DNA from: Blastocladiella emersonii ATCC 22665 | Lineage: Eukaryota > Fungi > Blastocladiomycota | DNA: 64,000 nucleotides | Assembly: GCA_025594325.1 (NCBI GenBank) | Contig: JANHCV010000001.1 | Span: forward strand, 2,170,001 to 2,234,000 | Direction: 5' to 3' | Part shown: in pieces, positions 33,699-47,400 of the stretch | Numbering within the stretch: the first letter of the stretch is position 1 | Layout: every line of letters begins with the position of its first letter | Program-made: the position numbers and the translations under genes | The notes under the pieces: generated by a model | Databases searched by the model: none | Seen by the model: the letters and a program-made list of their open reading frames with translations, nothing else | Told to the model about the DNA's origin: nothing

Positions 33699-35592
33699 AT
33701 GTATCAACCCATCACAGCACGCAGCTTGGCCAAACCTGCTGCAACGGCCTCGCCCGCCGCTCCATCGAGCCGGCTCGCCGGCGGACCGGGCGGCGCGCCT
33801 GCAACGTCTCGCGGCGGGGGCAAGGGCCGCGCCAAGTCGGCGGCGACGGCCCCCGTCAACCGCGCCCGCCAGATGGTCATGCGCCAGTCGCTCAACCAGA
33901 AGCGCGCTCTCGAGAAGAATATCCTCCGGCACCAGGAGGGGCTTTCGGCCCCCGGCGCTGCCTCGGTCGAGGCCGTCAAGGACGCCGTACGGGCGCTCGT
34001 CCATGGTGTGCTTTATCGGTCCCTGACGTGTTCCGAAACCTAGTGCGCCATCCTGCAGCCGCTGCACTGGGACGAGATCGCCCTCGAGCGCAACCTCATC
34101 GACTACTGCGCCTACCCGCGCTGCGACGAGGTACTCACTCCCCTCACGCTCGCCCACTCCCTGTCCTGCGGACTCACCCGCCCGCTTCTCGCAGCCGTAC
34201 GAGTGTTCCAACACCGTCTCCACCGTCATCCGCGTGCGCCCCGCCTCGCGCGGCCCGCTGCGCGTCGTCAACGACGAGCTCTTCGACCTGCTCGCCCTGA
34301 AAAACGACCTGCACGGCTTCGCCGAGCCGTGGAAACCCCTCGCCCCGAGCGAGGCCGCCATCCTCCCGCCCGACGCCGATGTTGCTCATTTCTGCTCCCG
34401 CCGCTGCCTCCTTCGCAGCAAGACGGTCCGCGTCCAGCTCGACGAGGAGCCCGTCTACCTCCGCCTCCGCGCTACGCCGCCCGTGCAGCTGCCCGAGGAG
34501 CTCGAGCACCAGTACGGATTGTCGCTGGCCGACGCTTGGCTTGACCAATGCTGACTACTCGCGGTCTAGAAAACGCGACCCCGTCGAGGCCTACGTCTCC
34601 GACATCCTCAGCACGCCGCTCGACGTGCCGCGCGAGGCCGTCGCCTCGGTCGTCATCCGCGAGAACGAGGCCGCCGCCGCTACTACGCCCGCATCGGCCA
34701 CCGCCTCCGACGCGGACCCGACCGACCAGGCCCGCCGCGTTGACGGCTACGCATCAAGGGACCCGCATGTCACCCAGAAACGCCGTCCTCGCGGTACCAA
34801 ATCGGCGGCGGCCGCCCCGTCGCTCCCCGCCCGCGCCCTGTCCGAGCTCCCGACCACCTTCACCCTCGTCGCGAGCGCCTTCACCGGCGTCGTCACACCG
34901 CGCACGCGCCGCTGGCTCAAGCACGGTAACGACGCACCGCCCAAGCAGCCGCCATCCTCGGAGCCCTCGTCGTCTGCGGCTCAGGCTCGGAGCTCGGATG
35001 CCAGTTCCGGCGATGAGGACGAGGAGGAAGAGGAGGAAGAGTACCTCCCGCTCAACCTCCACCGCAAGCTGCAGACGGGCATCTTCCAGGACCGCTTCCA
35101 GACCATGTACGTTCCCGCCGCCGCTGCTGGGTCACCCGGGTCCCACTCACTCCCTGCTGCCGCATAGCCTGCGCTCCGTCGCCGAGCTCATCGCGCCCGA
35201 CACGGACACGCGCCACCGGCTGCTCCGCGAGACCCGCGCCTTCTCCGTGACGCTGCGCGCGACCTCAGGCACCAACTCGATCCTCGAGACCGACAGCATG
35301 TACAGCTGGCTCTTTGTTCTCATCGTCATCTGGGGGTACATCGATCTGTATTCGCGCTTGACGATCCTCACATCCTGACTTTGGACACCGTACGCGTAGC
35401 GCGTGCCGCCCGCACCCCGACCTCGCCGCCGCCGTCATCGACGCCAAGCCGTGGCACATGGTCGTCGAGGGCATCCTCAACGAGGTCCAGCACGACCTGC
35501 ACGGCCACGCCGCCGAGGCCAAGGGCGTCGAGCTCCCGCGCCCGCTCACCGTCGACCAGATCGAAGACCTGGCCAAGTTCGTCTTCATGTAA
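33699..35592 (+). CDS. RTR1: RNA polymerase II CTD phosphatase Rtr1/RPAP2-family protein, multi-exon
   Basis: WDEIALERNLIDYCAYPRC and HFCSRRCLLRS...QLDEEPVYLR, the Rtr1 zinc-binding signature. GT-AG introns. Stop TAA at 35590-35592. Confidence 0.8.
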
Positions 35593-35665
35593 ACGGCGCG
35601 CGCGGTGTCGAAGCTCTCGCGTGCCAACCCCTCATGTATCGAATGAACCGCCTGTACTACATGCA

Positions 35666-37431
35666 ATGAATGTAGACCTTGCTTCTCCATCCGAACCCGC
35701 GGCCAGAACGCGTGAGACTTCAGGGCAGGGATCATCGGCGGTGAGGCCACGACGGCCGCGAGCACGATACGCCCTCGTCCCTGCCCCGCTCATGACTGCG
35801 CCTGTCCCGGCGTGTCGGCCGATACTCGGCGCTCGAGTCGGCGACGCGATCGTGGTGCTTCCGGACACCGCGGCTCGGCCAGCGAGCGAGGGTACGGATC
35901 ACAGCGAGAGAGCTAGCTCGCCCTCAACGGCTGACCCGCGCGACAAGACCAGGGAACCGGCGTGACGGTCATCGGCACGCTCTGTTGCTCTGAGCCGTGC
36001 ATCTGTACCAAGGAACAGGTCGATGCAGCGCAGCTTCGCCTGATCCGGTCGCCCGACGCGACGTGGGAGGCCGTGTACGCATCCACGTCGAACAGCTCTA
36101 CAAGGTCGACCTAACACCTTCACGCCTAGCCGACGCGGCGGAAACCAAGTCACAATCTTGCTGTATGATCCAACCGCGCTCCCGATCGCGCCAGTCGCCC
36201 CGCCCGGGCCACCGGACACGCTCCTCGCCGCACACTTTGCCCCGTCACGCCGCGACAGAAGCGCGTCGCCTTCGCTCACCACGGCGCTCGAGTTCCTCGC
36301 CACCGCGCACGGGAGCGACCGCGATGACGCGCATCGCGGCACCCCCGCGCCCGTTCCCTGCACCGTCGTCCTCGAGCACAACCGCGTCGGCGAACCCCTG
36401 GCGCTATGCCGCGAATACGCGCGGTCGACGTTCCACTGGCTCGGCGCCATGCACACGGCCCCGACGAGCGCGGCGGCGCTGAGCGGGCTGTGGCTCGCCA
36501 TCAACGACCGGATCCTCGGTACCGCCTTCGCCGCGTACCTCCTGTCCCCAGGCGTCACCGACGTGCTCGCGCCGCGGCTCGCAGCCGCGCTCGCGAACCA
36601 CGCGTGCGCGCGCGTCCACGCCACGCTGACGTGGTTCATGTCGTGGCCCGCGGGGCTCAAGCTCAACAACGCGTTCGCGCGGTTCCTCGGCGAGCTCGGC
36701 CAGTGGGTCGTGCTCGCGTGGGACACGGGCGTCTTGCAGCCCCTGCTCCGCGCCGTCACGTCGGAACGTGGACTCGCTGCCCTCGCGACCCTCGCGGTCG
36801 TCGGCGGCGTCTCGCTCCTCCTCGCCGTCGTCACGGACCTCCTCGCGCTCCTGACCGCGCACCTGCACGCGCTGCACCACGCGACCGCGCGGCTGTTCGC
36901 GGCACAGCGCCGCGCACTCGTTGCCCTCCTCGCCCTGTTCCTCGGGAAACAGCACAACCCGCTGCGGCGACGCGTCGAGACGGCGACGTTTTCGGCCGAG
37001 CAGCTGCTCATGGCCACGCTCCTGTTCACGGTGCTCGCGTTCCTCGCGCCCACCGCACTCGTCTTCTACGCGTACTTTGAGGCCATCCATCTCGCGCGCA
37101 CCGCGGCACACCGCGCGGCGGCCACCGCGCTCGTGTTCTTGCACTCGTTCCCGCTGTTCACGCTCACGGTCCGCACAAAGGAGCCCGCTAGGTTGCCCGG
37201 CGTGCTCACCTTGGTCCCGTCGAGCAGGGTCGCGGGCGCGTATGAGGTCGTGGTACGTTGGTTTTGCGGGGATGTTAGTGGTCGGGAGTGTACTGACTGC
37301 CGATACGTCCCTAGAATGAGCCCGTGCCGTGGTCGCGCATCATCCTTGTATCGCGCGACGGCGGCCCGCCGATCCATGTACTACCGCGGCGAGCAGCGGT
37401 CGCTGAGCGCGAGTCGAAGAAGACGCGATAG
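35666..37431 (+). CDS. GPI1: GPI-GlcNAc transferase subunit Gpi1/PIG-Q, multi-exon; start tentative
   Basis: WFMSWPAGLKLN and LFLGKQHNPLRRRVETATFSAEQLLMATLLFTVLAFLAPT. The last exon NEPVPWSRII... ends at TAG 37431. The 5' exons are inferred. Confidence 0.88.
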
Positions 37432-38475
37432 AGCTGGGCGAATAGATGCCGATTGATGATCATTTGCTGGAACCGATCCCATTGACCCTGTTTGACATGC
37501 GGTCGACTTCAGCGTGAAGTGTGGGACGCGAACGCGAACCACCATTCCAACAACCGCAGTATTTGATCAGCGGGGCCAGCAACACGTTGAAGCGCGTTCT
37601 CGGGTGCTTCTCTCGTGGTACCGAGGCCGGCCGAGAGCACCGTCGCCGGGCCCGCGCCAGCTGAATGATGATGCGTCGTGTGATGAACCAGCGTCGTGAT
37701 CATGGTCATGGTCCGCGACCGCAGTTGTTCCACAGTCAGTGATAGGTCGGTAAGCAATGGTGCCGCGGAGGAAACGAACGTATATTGAGAGCTGCAGGAA
37801 CTGAAATCATAGACGTCAGTGGACCAACAAAGGCCGCGGCCATGGCCGCGAAGTCCGTGGTCAGCCGCTCCTCGCGCGTGGCCACCACCGATCCTCGCGC
37901 TGATTCGACTTGCGCTCGTCTACCCGAGCAAGCCTGACTGTTGAGAGAGTTGATCGGACCGTTGAAGTTGACGAAGGCGAGCGCTCAGACCGGCTATCGA
38001 CGTGGATGATGGACTCGGCTATGGCCGCGGCGGCGGTCGGGCGAGATCCGCGGCCAAACCTCACTCGCGCTCACATACGGATGAAGTTAGCGAGCAGAGC
38101 GCGAATCGACGGCGAGGGCCGGGACGCAGGAGTCGGGCAGTTTCCAAGTTGGCCGTGGCCATGGTCGCGAAGCCGACTTGAGCTAGCGCTCCATGGACTG
38201 GGAGCTGACTGAGAGCGCTTCCAGCAGCCGATACTCCACACGGGCATGAACAAGGCCGTGACGGATGCGGAGCAAGTTCAAATCGATGGCCATGGCCATG
38301 GCCGCGTCGCGAAAGGATCATCAAGGCAGGAGACGATGGAGTCCGGAGTCACGTAAGAACGATACGTTGCATTGCGGAGAAAAAGAAACACGATGGATGA
38401 ACAAAACAAGAAACTAAAGAGAAGAATACAGGGAGGAGAGAAGGAAGGAAGAGAGGGGGAGAGACCGAGAACGCC

Positions 38476-41400
38476 TTAGCGCGTCTTGCCCGTCGACTTC
38501 TCGAACGCGGCGATCAGCGAGGCCACCTTGGACGACACCTCGACAGCGGGCTCGGCGGGGAGCGGGGCGGGCGCCTTGAACACGGCCGGGATCGACACGC
38601 GGCGCGCGGACGTCGGCGGGGAGCTGGGCGGCGACGAGACCGACTCGTAGATGGAGCGGAGGGCCTGGACGCTCGACGACGGGGAGCCGGGGCGGGACGA
38701 GTTGCTGGAAGTGGTGGTGGTCGTGGTCGTGGTGAAGGAGGTGGTCGAGATGGTCAACGAGTTGGCGGCGACGACGGGGGCGGCGGCGGACTCCTGCTGT
38801 TCCTCAGCGATGATAATGGCGGCATTCACCCCCTCTTCTTCCACGACGGCAGCCGGAACACGCGCTGCAGTAGACTGGGAGAGGAGGTCTTGCCGAAAGG
38901 GCTGCTGGTCGGCCGGGGCCTTGGCCTGACCAGCCTCGACCTCGGCGGTGGTCGCAGGGGCGGCTCCGGTCGCGGAGGACAAGGCATCAGAGAAGGAAGT
39001 AGAGGAGACGGCGGCGGCGGTCGACTCGGAGGAGCTGGCGGTCGACGACTCGGTCTGGAGGAGGGAAGCGGAGGAGGGGGTAGTGGTGGTGGTGGTGGTG
39101 GAGGTGGAGGTGGAGGCAATCACCCCTGCATCCACGACGGCAGCGACGAGCGAAACACTCGCTGCAGCAGCGTCGGTGCAGGGGTCGTTCCGAAAGGGCT
39201 GCTGGGCCTCGTCGGAGGGCGCGACGGGCTCGCCAGCAGCAGCGGCATCGACATCGGTGGCCGTCACGGGCGCGTCAGCCTCGGGGGCGGCGACAGCGGC
39301 AGGGACAGGGACGGCGGCGGACTCGACATCGACGTCGGAGACGTTCGTTCCGTGCTCATGGACAGCATTTACCCCCTCTTCCACGACGGCAGACGGAACA
39401 TCCGCTGCAGAAGACTGGGAGAGGAGGTCGTGTTGAAAGGGCTGCTGGTCCGGCAAAGGCGACGCGGCGACGGCCGCGGGCGAACCCGCGGCGTCCTCAG
39501 CGACAACCGAGCGCGAAACCGGAACGTCATCCTCATCGATGCCGAGCTCGTCAATGAACGTCGGAGCAGGAACGTCAGCGACCGCGGGCGCGGCAGCGGC
39601 CTCGGCGGCAGGCTCGACGACAGCGAGGTGGTAAGCGACAGCCACGCCGGTCACGGGGACGGTGGCGATGGTCTCGTCGACGGGGGCGAGCTCACGGATC
39701 GAATCGGTCGCCTGCGAGGTGGCGGTGGTCGTGACAGTCGACTCGATGACCTCGGCGACAGCAGAGGTGGACGAAACGACGACACCAGCATCGGGAATGG
39801 TGGCGAGGGCGGCGGCGAGGCCGGCAGCCGAGGTCGACGAAGCGGAGGAGATGCTGCGAACCGTGCGGGTCACGACAGGGGTCGACGAGGTGACGGTGGT
39901 CGTAGAAGTCGAGGTGCCGCCGTTAGACACGGTGGTGCTCGAGGCCGACGACGAGGTGGCGCCGATGAGCACGGTCACGGACTCGGACTCGGTGGGCTCC
40001 TCGGTGATGGTCTCGACGACCTGCTCGCCGGTGACCGGGTTCGTGCGGATGATACGACGGGTCACGATCTTGCGGGTGATCAGGCGCTGGGAGCCGGGCT
40101 GCGACGAAACGCTAGTCGTCGTGAAAGACGACGCGCCAGCGGACTGCTGGGCGGCCTAGAGAGACGTGTCAGAAGGGCCCCGAAACCATGATGAGAGGAG
40201 GTGACGTACGTCGGCATCAGAAGTCGCGGTGACCTGGACGGATGACGAGGTCGAAGACGAGGTGGTGGAACCGGAAACGACTACGTGCGTAAGGTAAAAG
40301 TGTTAACGAGATAAGGAAAATTCAAAGTATGCCGACAGGGCGGAAGAGCAAGGCGTACCAGAAGCGGAGGACACAACAGACGACCCAGCAGCAATCGACT
40401 CAACAACGGAAGAGGCGACGTAAGCATCAACGACGTCGGCGGCGGTGATCTCGACCACCTTGGTACGCTCCACGTCCGACTCGGTGATGTGGACGAAATC
40501 CGACTCGGCCGCAGCTGCGGCAGCGACAACGAACCCGGAGCCCGTCTCGTCGACAACGGCGGTCTCGGTAGTAACCTTCGACTCAACGACATCCATGAGG
40601 ACCTCCGACTCGTGAACGGTGACCTCCTGGCTGGAAGACTGCTCGTGGGCAGCGGTGGTCGTCGACGCACCAAAAATGGCGCGCGAGATCGAGGTGAAAA
40701 GGCCGCCCGAAGAAGCAGCCTCACTGGGGACCTCCGAAACGGCCTCGGTCGACGACGACGCGGTCGACTCGACGACGGCCGTGGTCTCGGCGGTCTCGGT
40801 GACCTCGGTGGCCTCGACAACGACGGCGGCAGCCTCCGAAACGACCTCGGTGGCGATCTCGACCGACTCGATAGTCTCGGTGGTCTCGACGGCAACCTGG
40901 GTCTCCGAAACGACCTCGGTCGACTCGACAACGACCTCGGTGGTGGTCTCGGTCGTCTCGACCGTCTCGACCGTCTCGGTGGTGGTCTGGACCGTCTCGG
41001 TCGACTCGACGACGACGGCGGCGGCGGCCTGCTCCGAAACGACCTCGGTGGACTCGACGACGACCTCGGTGGCGGTCTCGGTCGACTCGACGGCGGTAAC
41101 GACCTCGGCCGACTCGACAACGACCTCGGTGGTGGTCTCCGAGACGATCTCGGCGGTCTCGGTGGTCTGAACCGTCTCGGTCGACTCAACGACGACAGTC
41201 TCCTCCGAAACGACCTCGGTGGTGGTCTCGGTGGTCTCGACGACCGTCGTGGACTCGGTCGACTCGACAACAACCGTCTCGGTCGTCTCGGTCGTCTCGG
41301 TCGTCTCGGTCGTCGACTCGGCGGCGGCGGCGGTGATCTCGACCTCCGACACGGCCGAAGCGCACTCGGCAGCAACGGCAACCTCCGAAACGACCTCGGT

Positions 41401-44400
41401 CGACTCGGCAGCGACGATCACGGCCTCGGCGTGGATCTCCGTGGCCTCGATGGCGATGGCGCGCTCCGAAACGACCTCGGTGGTGGTCTCGGTCGACTCG
41501 ACAGCGACGGCGACCTCAGTGGCGGTCGTCTCGGTCGTCTCGATCGTGGTCGTGGTCTCGACAGTCTCGGTGGTGGTGGTGTGCACCTCCGAAACGGTCT
41601 CGGTCGACGACGACTCGGCGGTGGCCGCCTCGGTCGACTCAACGACGACGGCCTGCTCCGAAACGACCTCGGTGGCCTCGACAACGACGGCAGCGGCCTC
41701 CGAAACGACCTCGGTGGTCTCGGTGGTCTCGACGGCGACGATAGTCTCCTCGGAAACGACCTCGGTGGCGACGGTCTCGACCGACTCGGTGGTGGTCGAC
41801 TCGACGACGACAGTCTCCTCGGAAACGACCTCGGTCGACTCGGTGGTGATGGTCTGGACCTCCGAAACGACCTCGGTGGTCTCGACGGCGACCTGCGTCT
41901 CCTCGGAAACGACCTCGGTGGCGACAGTCTCGACCGACTCGACAACGACAGTCTCCTCGGAAACAACCTCCGTGGTCTCGGCCGACTCGACAACGACCTC
42001 GGTGGTGGTCGTGGTGGTCTCGACGGCGGCGACGGTCTCGGTGCACTCGACCTCGGCGGCGGCGGCGGCCTCCGAAACGACGACCTCGGCGTGGATCTCC
42101 GTGGCCTCGACGGCAATGGCGCGCTCGGCAACGACCTCGGTCGACTCGTGGACCTCGTGGACCTCGGTGGTGGTGGTCTCGGTCGTCTCGGTCGTCTCGA
42201 TCGTGGTCGTGGTGGTGTGCACCTCCGAAACGGCCTCGGTCGACGACGACGCGGTCGACTCGACGACGGCCGTGGTCTCGGCGGTCTCGGTGACCTCGGT
42301 GGCCTCGACAACGACGGCGGCAGCCTCCGAAACGACCTCGGTGGCGATCTCGACCGACTCGATAGTCTCGGTGGTCTCGACGGCAACCTGGGTCTCCGAA
42401 ACGACCTCGGTCGACTCGACAACGACCTCGGTGGTGGTCTCGGTCGTCTCGACCGTGTCGACCGTCTCGGTGGTGGTCTGGACCGTCTCGGTCGACTCGA
42501 CGACGACGGCGGCGGCGGCCTGCTCCGAAACGACCTCGGTGGACTCGACGACGACCTCGGTGGCGGTCTCGGTCGACTCGACGGCGGTAACGACCTCGGC
42601 CGACTCGACAACGACCTCGGTGGTGGTCTCCGAGACGATCTCGGCGGTCTCGGTGGTCTGAACCGTCTCGGTCGACTCAACGACGACAGTCTCCTCCGAA
42701 ACGACCTCGGTGGTGGTCTCGGTGGTCTCGACGACCGTCGTGGACTCGGTCGACTCGACAACAACCGTCTCGGTCGTCTCGGTCGTCTCGGTCGTCTCGG
42801 TCGTCGACTCGGCGGCGGCGGCGGTGATCTCGACCTCCGACACGGCCGAAGCGCACTCGGCAGCAACGGCAACCTCCGAAACGACCTCGGTCGACTCGGC
42901 AGCGACGATCACGGCCTCGGCGTGGATCTCCGTGGCCTCGATGGCGATGGCGCGCTCCGAAACGACCTCGGTGGTGGTCTCGGTCGACTCGACAGCGACG
43001 GCGACCTCAGTGGCGGTCGTCTCGGTCGTCTCGATCGTGGTCGTGGTCTCGACAGTCTCGGTGGTGGTGGTGTGCACCTCCGAAACGGTCTCGGTCGACG
43101 ACGACTCGGCGGTGGCCGCCTCGGTCGACTCAACGACGACGGCCTGCTCCGAAACGACCTCGGTGGCCTCGACAACGACGGCAGCGGCCTCCGAAACGAC
43201 CTCGGTGGTCTCGGTGGTCTCGACGGCGACGATAGTCTCCTCGGAAACGACCTCGGTGGCGACGGTCTCGACCGACTCGGTGGTGGTCGACTCGACGACG
43301 ACAGTCTCCTCGGAAACGACCTCGGTCGACTCGGTGGTGATGGTCTGGACCTCCGAAACGACCTCGGTGGTCTCGACGGCGACCTGCGTCTCCTCGGAAA
43401 CGACCTCGGTGGCGACAGTCTCGACCGACTCGACAACGACAGTCTCCTCGGAAACAACCTCCGTGGTCTCGGCCGACTCGACAACGACCTCGGTGGTGGT
43501 CGTGGTGGTCTCGACGGCGGCGACGGTCTCGGTGCACTCGACCTCGGCGGCGGCGGCGGCCTCCGAAACGACGACCTCGGCGTGGATCTCCGTGGCCTCG
43601 ACGGCAATGGCGCGCTCGGCAACGACCTCGGTCGACTCGTGGACCTCGTGGACCTCGGTGGTGGTGGTCTCGGTCGTCTCGGTCGTCTCGATCGTGGTCG
43701 TGGTGGTGTGCACCTCCGAAACGGCCTCGGTCGACGACGACGCGGTCGACTCGACGACGGCCGTGGTCTCGGCGGTCTCGGTGACCTCGGTGGCCTCGAC
43801 AACGACGGCGGCAGCCTCCGAAACGACCTCGGTGGCGATCTCGACCGACTCGATAGTCTCGGTGGTCTCGACGGCAACCTGGGTCTCCGAAACGACCTCG
43901 GTCGACTCGACAACGACCTCGGTGGTGGTCTCGGTCGTCTCGACCGTGTCGACCGTCTCGGTGGTGGTCTGGACCGTCTCGGTCGACTCGACGACGACGG
44001 CGGCGGCGGCCTGCTCCGAAACGACCTCGGTGGACTCGACGACGACCTCGGTGGCGGTCTCGGTCGACTCGACGGCGGTAACGACCTCGGCCGACTCGAC
44101 AACGACCTCGGTGGTGGTCTCCGAGACGATCTCGGCGGTCTCGGTGGTCTGAACCGTCTCGGTCGACTCAACGACGACAGTCTCCTCCGAAACGACCTCG
44201 GTGGTGGTCTCGGTGGTCTCGACGACCGTCGTGGACTCGGTCGACTCGACAACAACCGTCTCGGTCGTCTCGGTCGTCTCGGTCGTCTCGGTCGTCGACT
44301 CGGCGGCGGCGGCGGTGATCTCGACCTCCGACACGGCCGAAGCGCACTCGGCAGCAACGGCAACCTCCGAAACGACCTCGGTCGACTCGGCAGCGACGAT

Positions 44401-47400
44401 CACGGCCTCGGCGTGGATCTCCGTGGCCTCGATGGCGATGGCGCGCTCCGAAACGACCTCGGTGGTGGTCTCGGTCGACTCGACAGCGACGGCGACCTCA
44501 GTGGCGGTCGTCTCGGTCGTCTCGATCGTGGTCGTGGTCTCGACAGTCTCGGTGGTGGTGGTGTGCACCTCCGAAACGGTCTCGGTCGACGACGACTCGG
44601 CGGTGGCCGCCTCGGTCGACTCAACGACGACGGCCTGCTCCGAAACGACCTCGGTGGCCTCGACAACGACGGCAGCGGCCTCCGAAACGACCTCGGTGGT
44701 CTCGGTGGTCTCGACGGCGACGATAGTCTCCTCGGAAACGACCTCGGTGGCGACGGTCTCGACCGACTCGGTGGTGGTCGACTCGACGACGACAGTCTCC
44801 TCGGAAACGACCTCGGTCGACTCGGTGGTGATGGTCTGGACCTCCGAAACGACCTCGGTGGTCTCGACGGCGACCTGCGTCTCCTCGGAAACGACCTCGG
44901 TGGCGACAGTCTCGACCGACTCGACAACGACAGTCTCCTCGGAAACAACCTCCGTGGTCTCGGCCGACTCGACAACGACCTCGGTGGTGGTCGTGGTGGT
45001 CTCGACGGCGGCGACGGTCTCGGTGCACTCGACCTCGGCGGCGGCGGCGGCCTCCGAAACGACGACCTCGGCGTGGATCTCCGTGGCCTCGACGGCAATG
45101 GCGCGCTCGGCAACGACCTCGGTCGACTCGTGGACCTCGTGGACCTCGGTGGTGGTGGTCTCGGTCGTCTCGGTCGTCTCGATCGTGGTCGTGGTGGTGT
45201 GCACCTCCGAAACGGCCTCGGTCGACGACGACGCGGTCGACTCGACGACGGCCGTGGTCTCGGCGGTCTCGGTGACCTCGGTGGCCTCGACAACGACGGC
45301 GGCAGCCTCCGAAACGACCTCGGTGGCGATCTCGACCGACTCGATAGTCTCGGTGGTCTCGACGGCAACCTGGGTCTCCGAAACGACCTCGGTCGACTCG
45401 ACAACGACCTCGGTGGTGGTCTCGGTCGTCTCGACCGTCTCGACCGTCTCGGTGGTGGTCTGGACCGTCTCGGTCGACTCGACGACGACGGCGGCGGCGG
45501 CCTGCTCCGAAACGACCTCGGTGGACTCGACGACGACCTCGGTGGCGGTCTCGGTCGACTCGACGGCGGTAACGACCTCGGCCGACTCGACAACGACCTC
45601 GGTGGTGGTCTCCGAGACGATCTCGGCGGTCTCGGTGGTCTGAACCGTCTCGGTCGACTCAACGACGACAGTCTCCTCCGAAACGACCTCGGTGGTGGTC
45701 TCGGTGGTCTCGACGACCGTCGTGGACTCGGTCGACTCGACAACAACCGTCTCGGTCGTCTCGGTCGTCTCGGTCGTCTCGGTCGTCGACTCGGCGGCGG
45801 CGGCGGTGATCTCGACCTCCGACACGGCCGAAGCGCACTCGGCAGCAACGGCAACCTCCGAAACGACCTCGGTCGACTCGGCAGCGACGATCACGGCCTC
45901 GGCGTGGATCTCCGTGGCCTCGATGGCGATGGCGCGCTCCGAAACGACCTCGGTGGTGGTCTCGGTCGACTCGACAGCGACGGCGACCTCAGTGGCGGTC
46001 GTCTCGGTCGTCTCGATCGTGGTCGTGGTCTCGACAGTCTCGGTGGTGGTGGTGTGCACCTCCGAAACGGTCTCGGTCGACGACGACTCGGCGGTGGCCG
46101 CCTCGGTCGACTCAACGACGACGGCCTGCTCCGAAACGACCTCGGTGGCCTCGACAACGACGGCAGCGGCCTCCGAAACGACCTCGGTGGTCTCGGTGGT
46201 CTCGACGGCGACGATAGTCTCCTCGGAAACGACCTCGGTGGCGACGGTCTCGACCGACTCGGTGGTGGTCGACTCGACGACGACAGTCTCCTCGGAAACG
46301 ACCTCGGTCGACTCGGTGGTGATGGTCTGGACCTCCGAAACGACCTCGGTGGTCTCGACGGCGACCTGCGTCTCCTCGGAAACGACCTCGGTGGCGACAG
46401 TCTCGACCGACTCGACAACGACAGTCTCCTCGGAAACAACCTCCGTGGTCTCGGCCGACTCGACAACGACCTCGGTGGTGGTCGTGGTGGTCTCGACGGC
46501 GGCGACGGTCTCGGTGCACTCGACCTCGGCGGCGGCGGCGGCCTCCGAAACGACGACCTCGGCGTGGATCTCCGTGGCCTCGACGGCAATGGCGCGCTCG
46601 GCAACGACCTCGGTCGACTCGTGGACCTCGTGGACCTCGGTGGTGGTGGTCTCGGTCGTCTCGGTCGTCTCGATCGTGGTCGTGGTGGTGTGCACCTCCG
46701 AAACGGCCTCGGTCGACGACGACGCGGTCGACTCGACGACGGCCGTGGTCTCGGCGGTCTCGGTGACCTCGGTGGCCTCGACAACGACGGCGGCAGCCTC
46801 CGAAACGACCTCGGTGGCGATCTCGACCGACTCGATAGTCTCGGTGGTCTCGACGGCAACCTGGGTCTCCGAAACGACCTCGGTCGACTCGACAACGACC
46901 TCGGTGGTGGTCTCGGTCGTCTCGACCGTGTCGACCGTCTCGGTGGTGGTCTGGACCGTCTCGGTCGACTCGACGACGACGGCGGCGGCGGCCTGCTCCG
47001 AAACGACCTCGGTGGACTCGACGACGACCTCGGTGGCGGTCTCGGTCGACTCGACGGCGGTAACGACCTCGGCCGACTCGACAACGACCTCGGTGGTGGT
47101 CTCCGAGACGATCTCGGCGGTCTCGGTGGTCTGAACCGTCTCGGTCGACTCAACGACGACAGTCTCCTCCGAAACGACCTCGGTGGTGGTCTCGGTGGTC
47201 TCGACGACCGTCGTGGACTCGGTCGACTCGACAACAACCGTCTCGGTCGTCTCGGTCGTCTCGGTCGTCTCGGTCGTCGACTCGGCGGCGGCGGCGGTGA
47301 TCTCGACCTCCGACACGGCCGAAGCGCACTCGGCAGCAACGGCAACCTCCGAAACGACCTCGGTCGACTCGGCAGCGACGATCACGGCCTCGGCGTGGAT

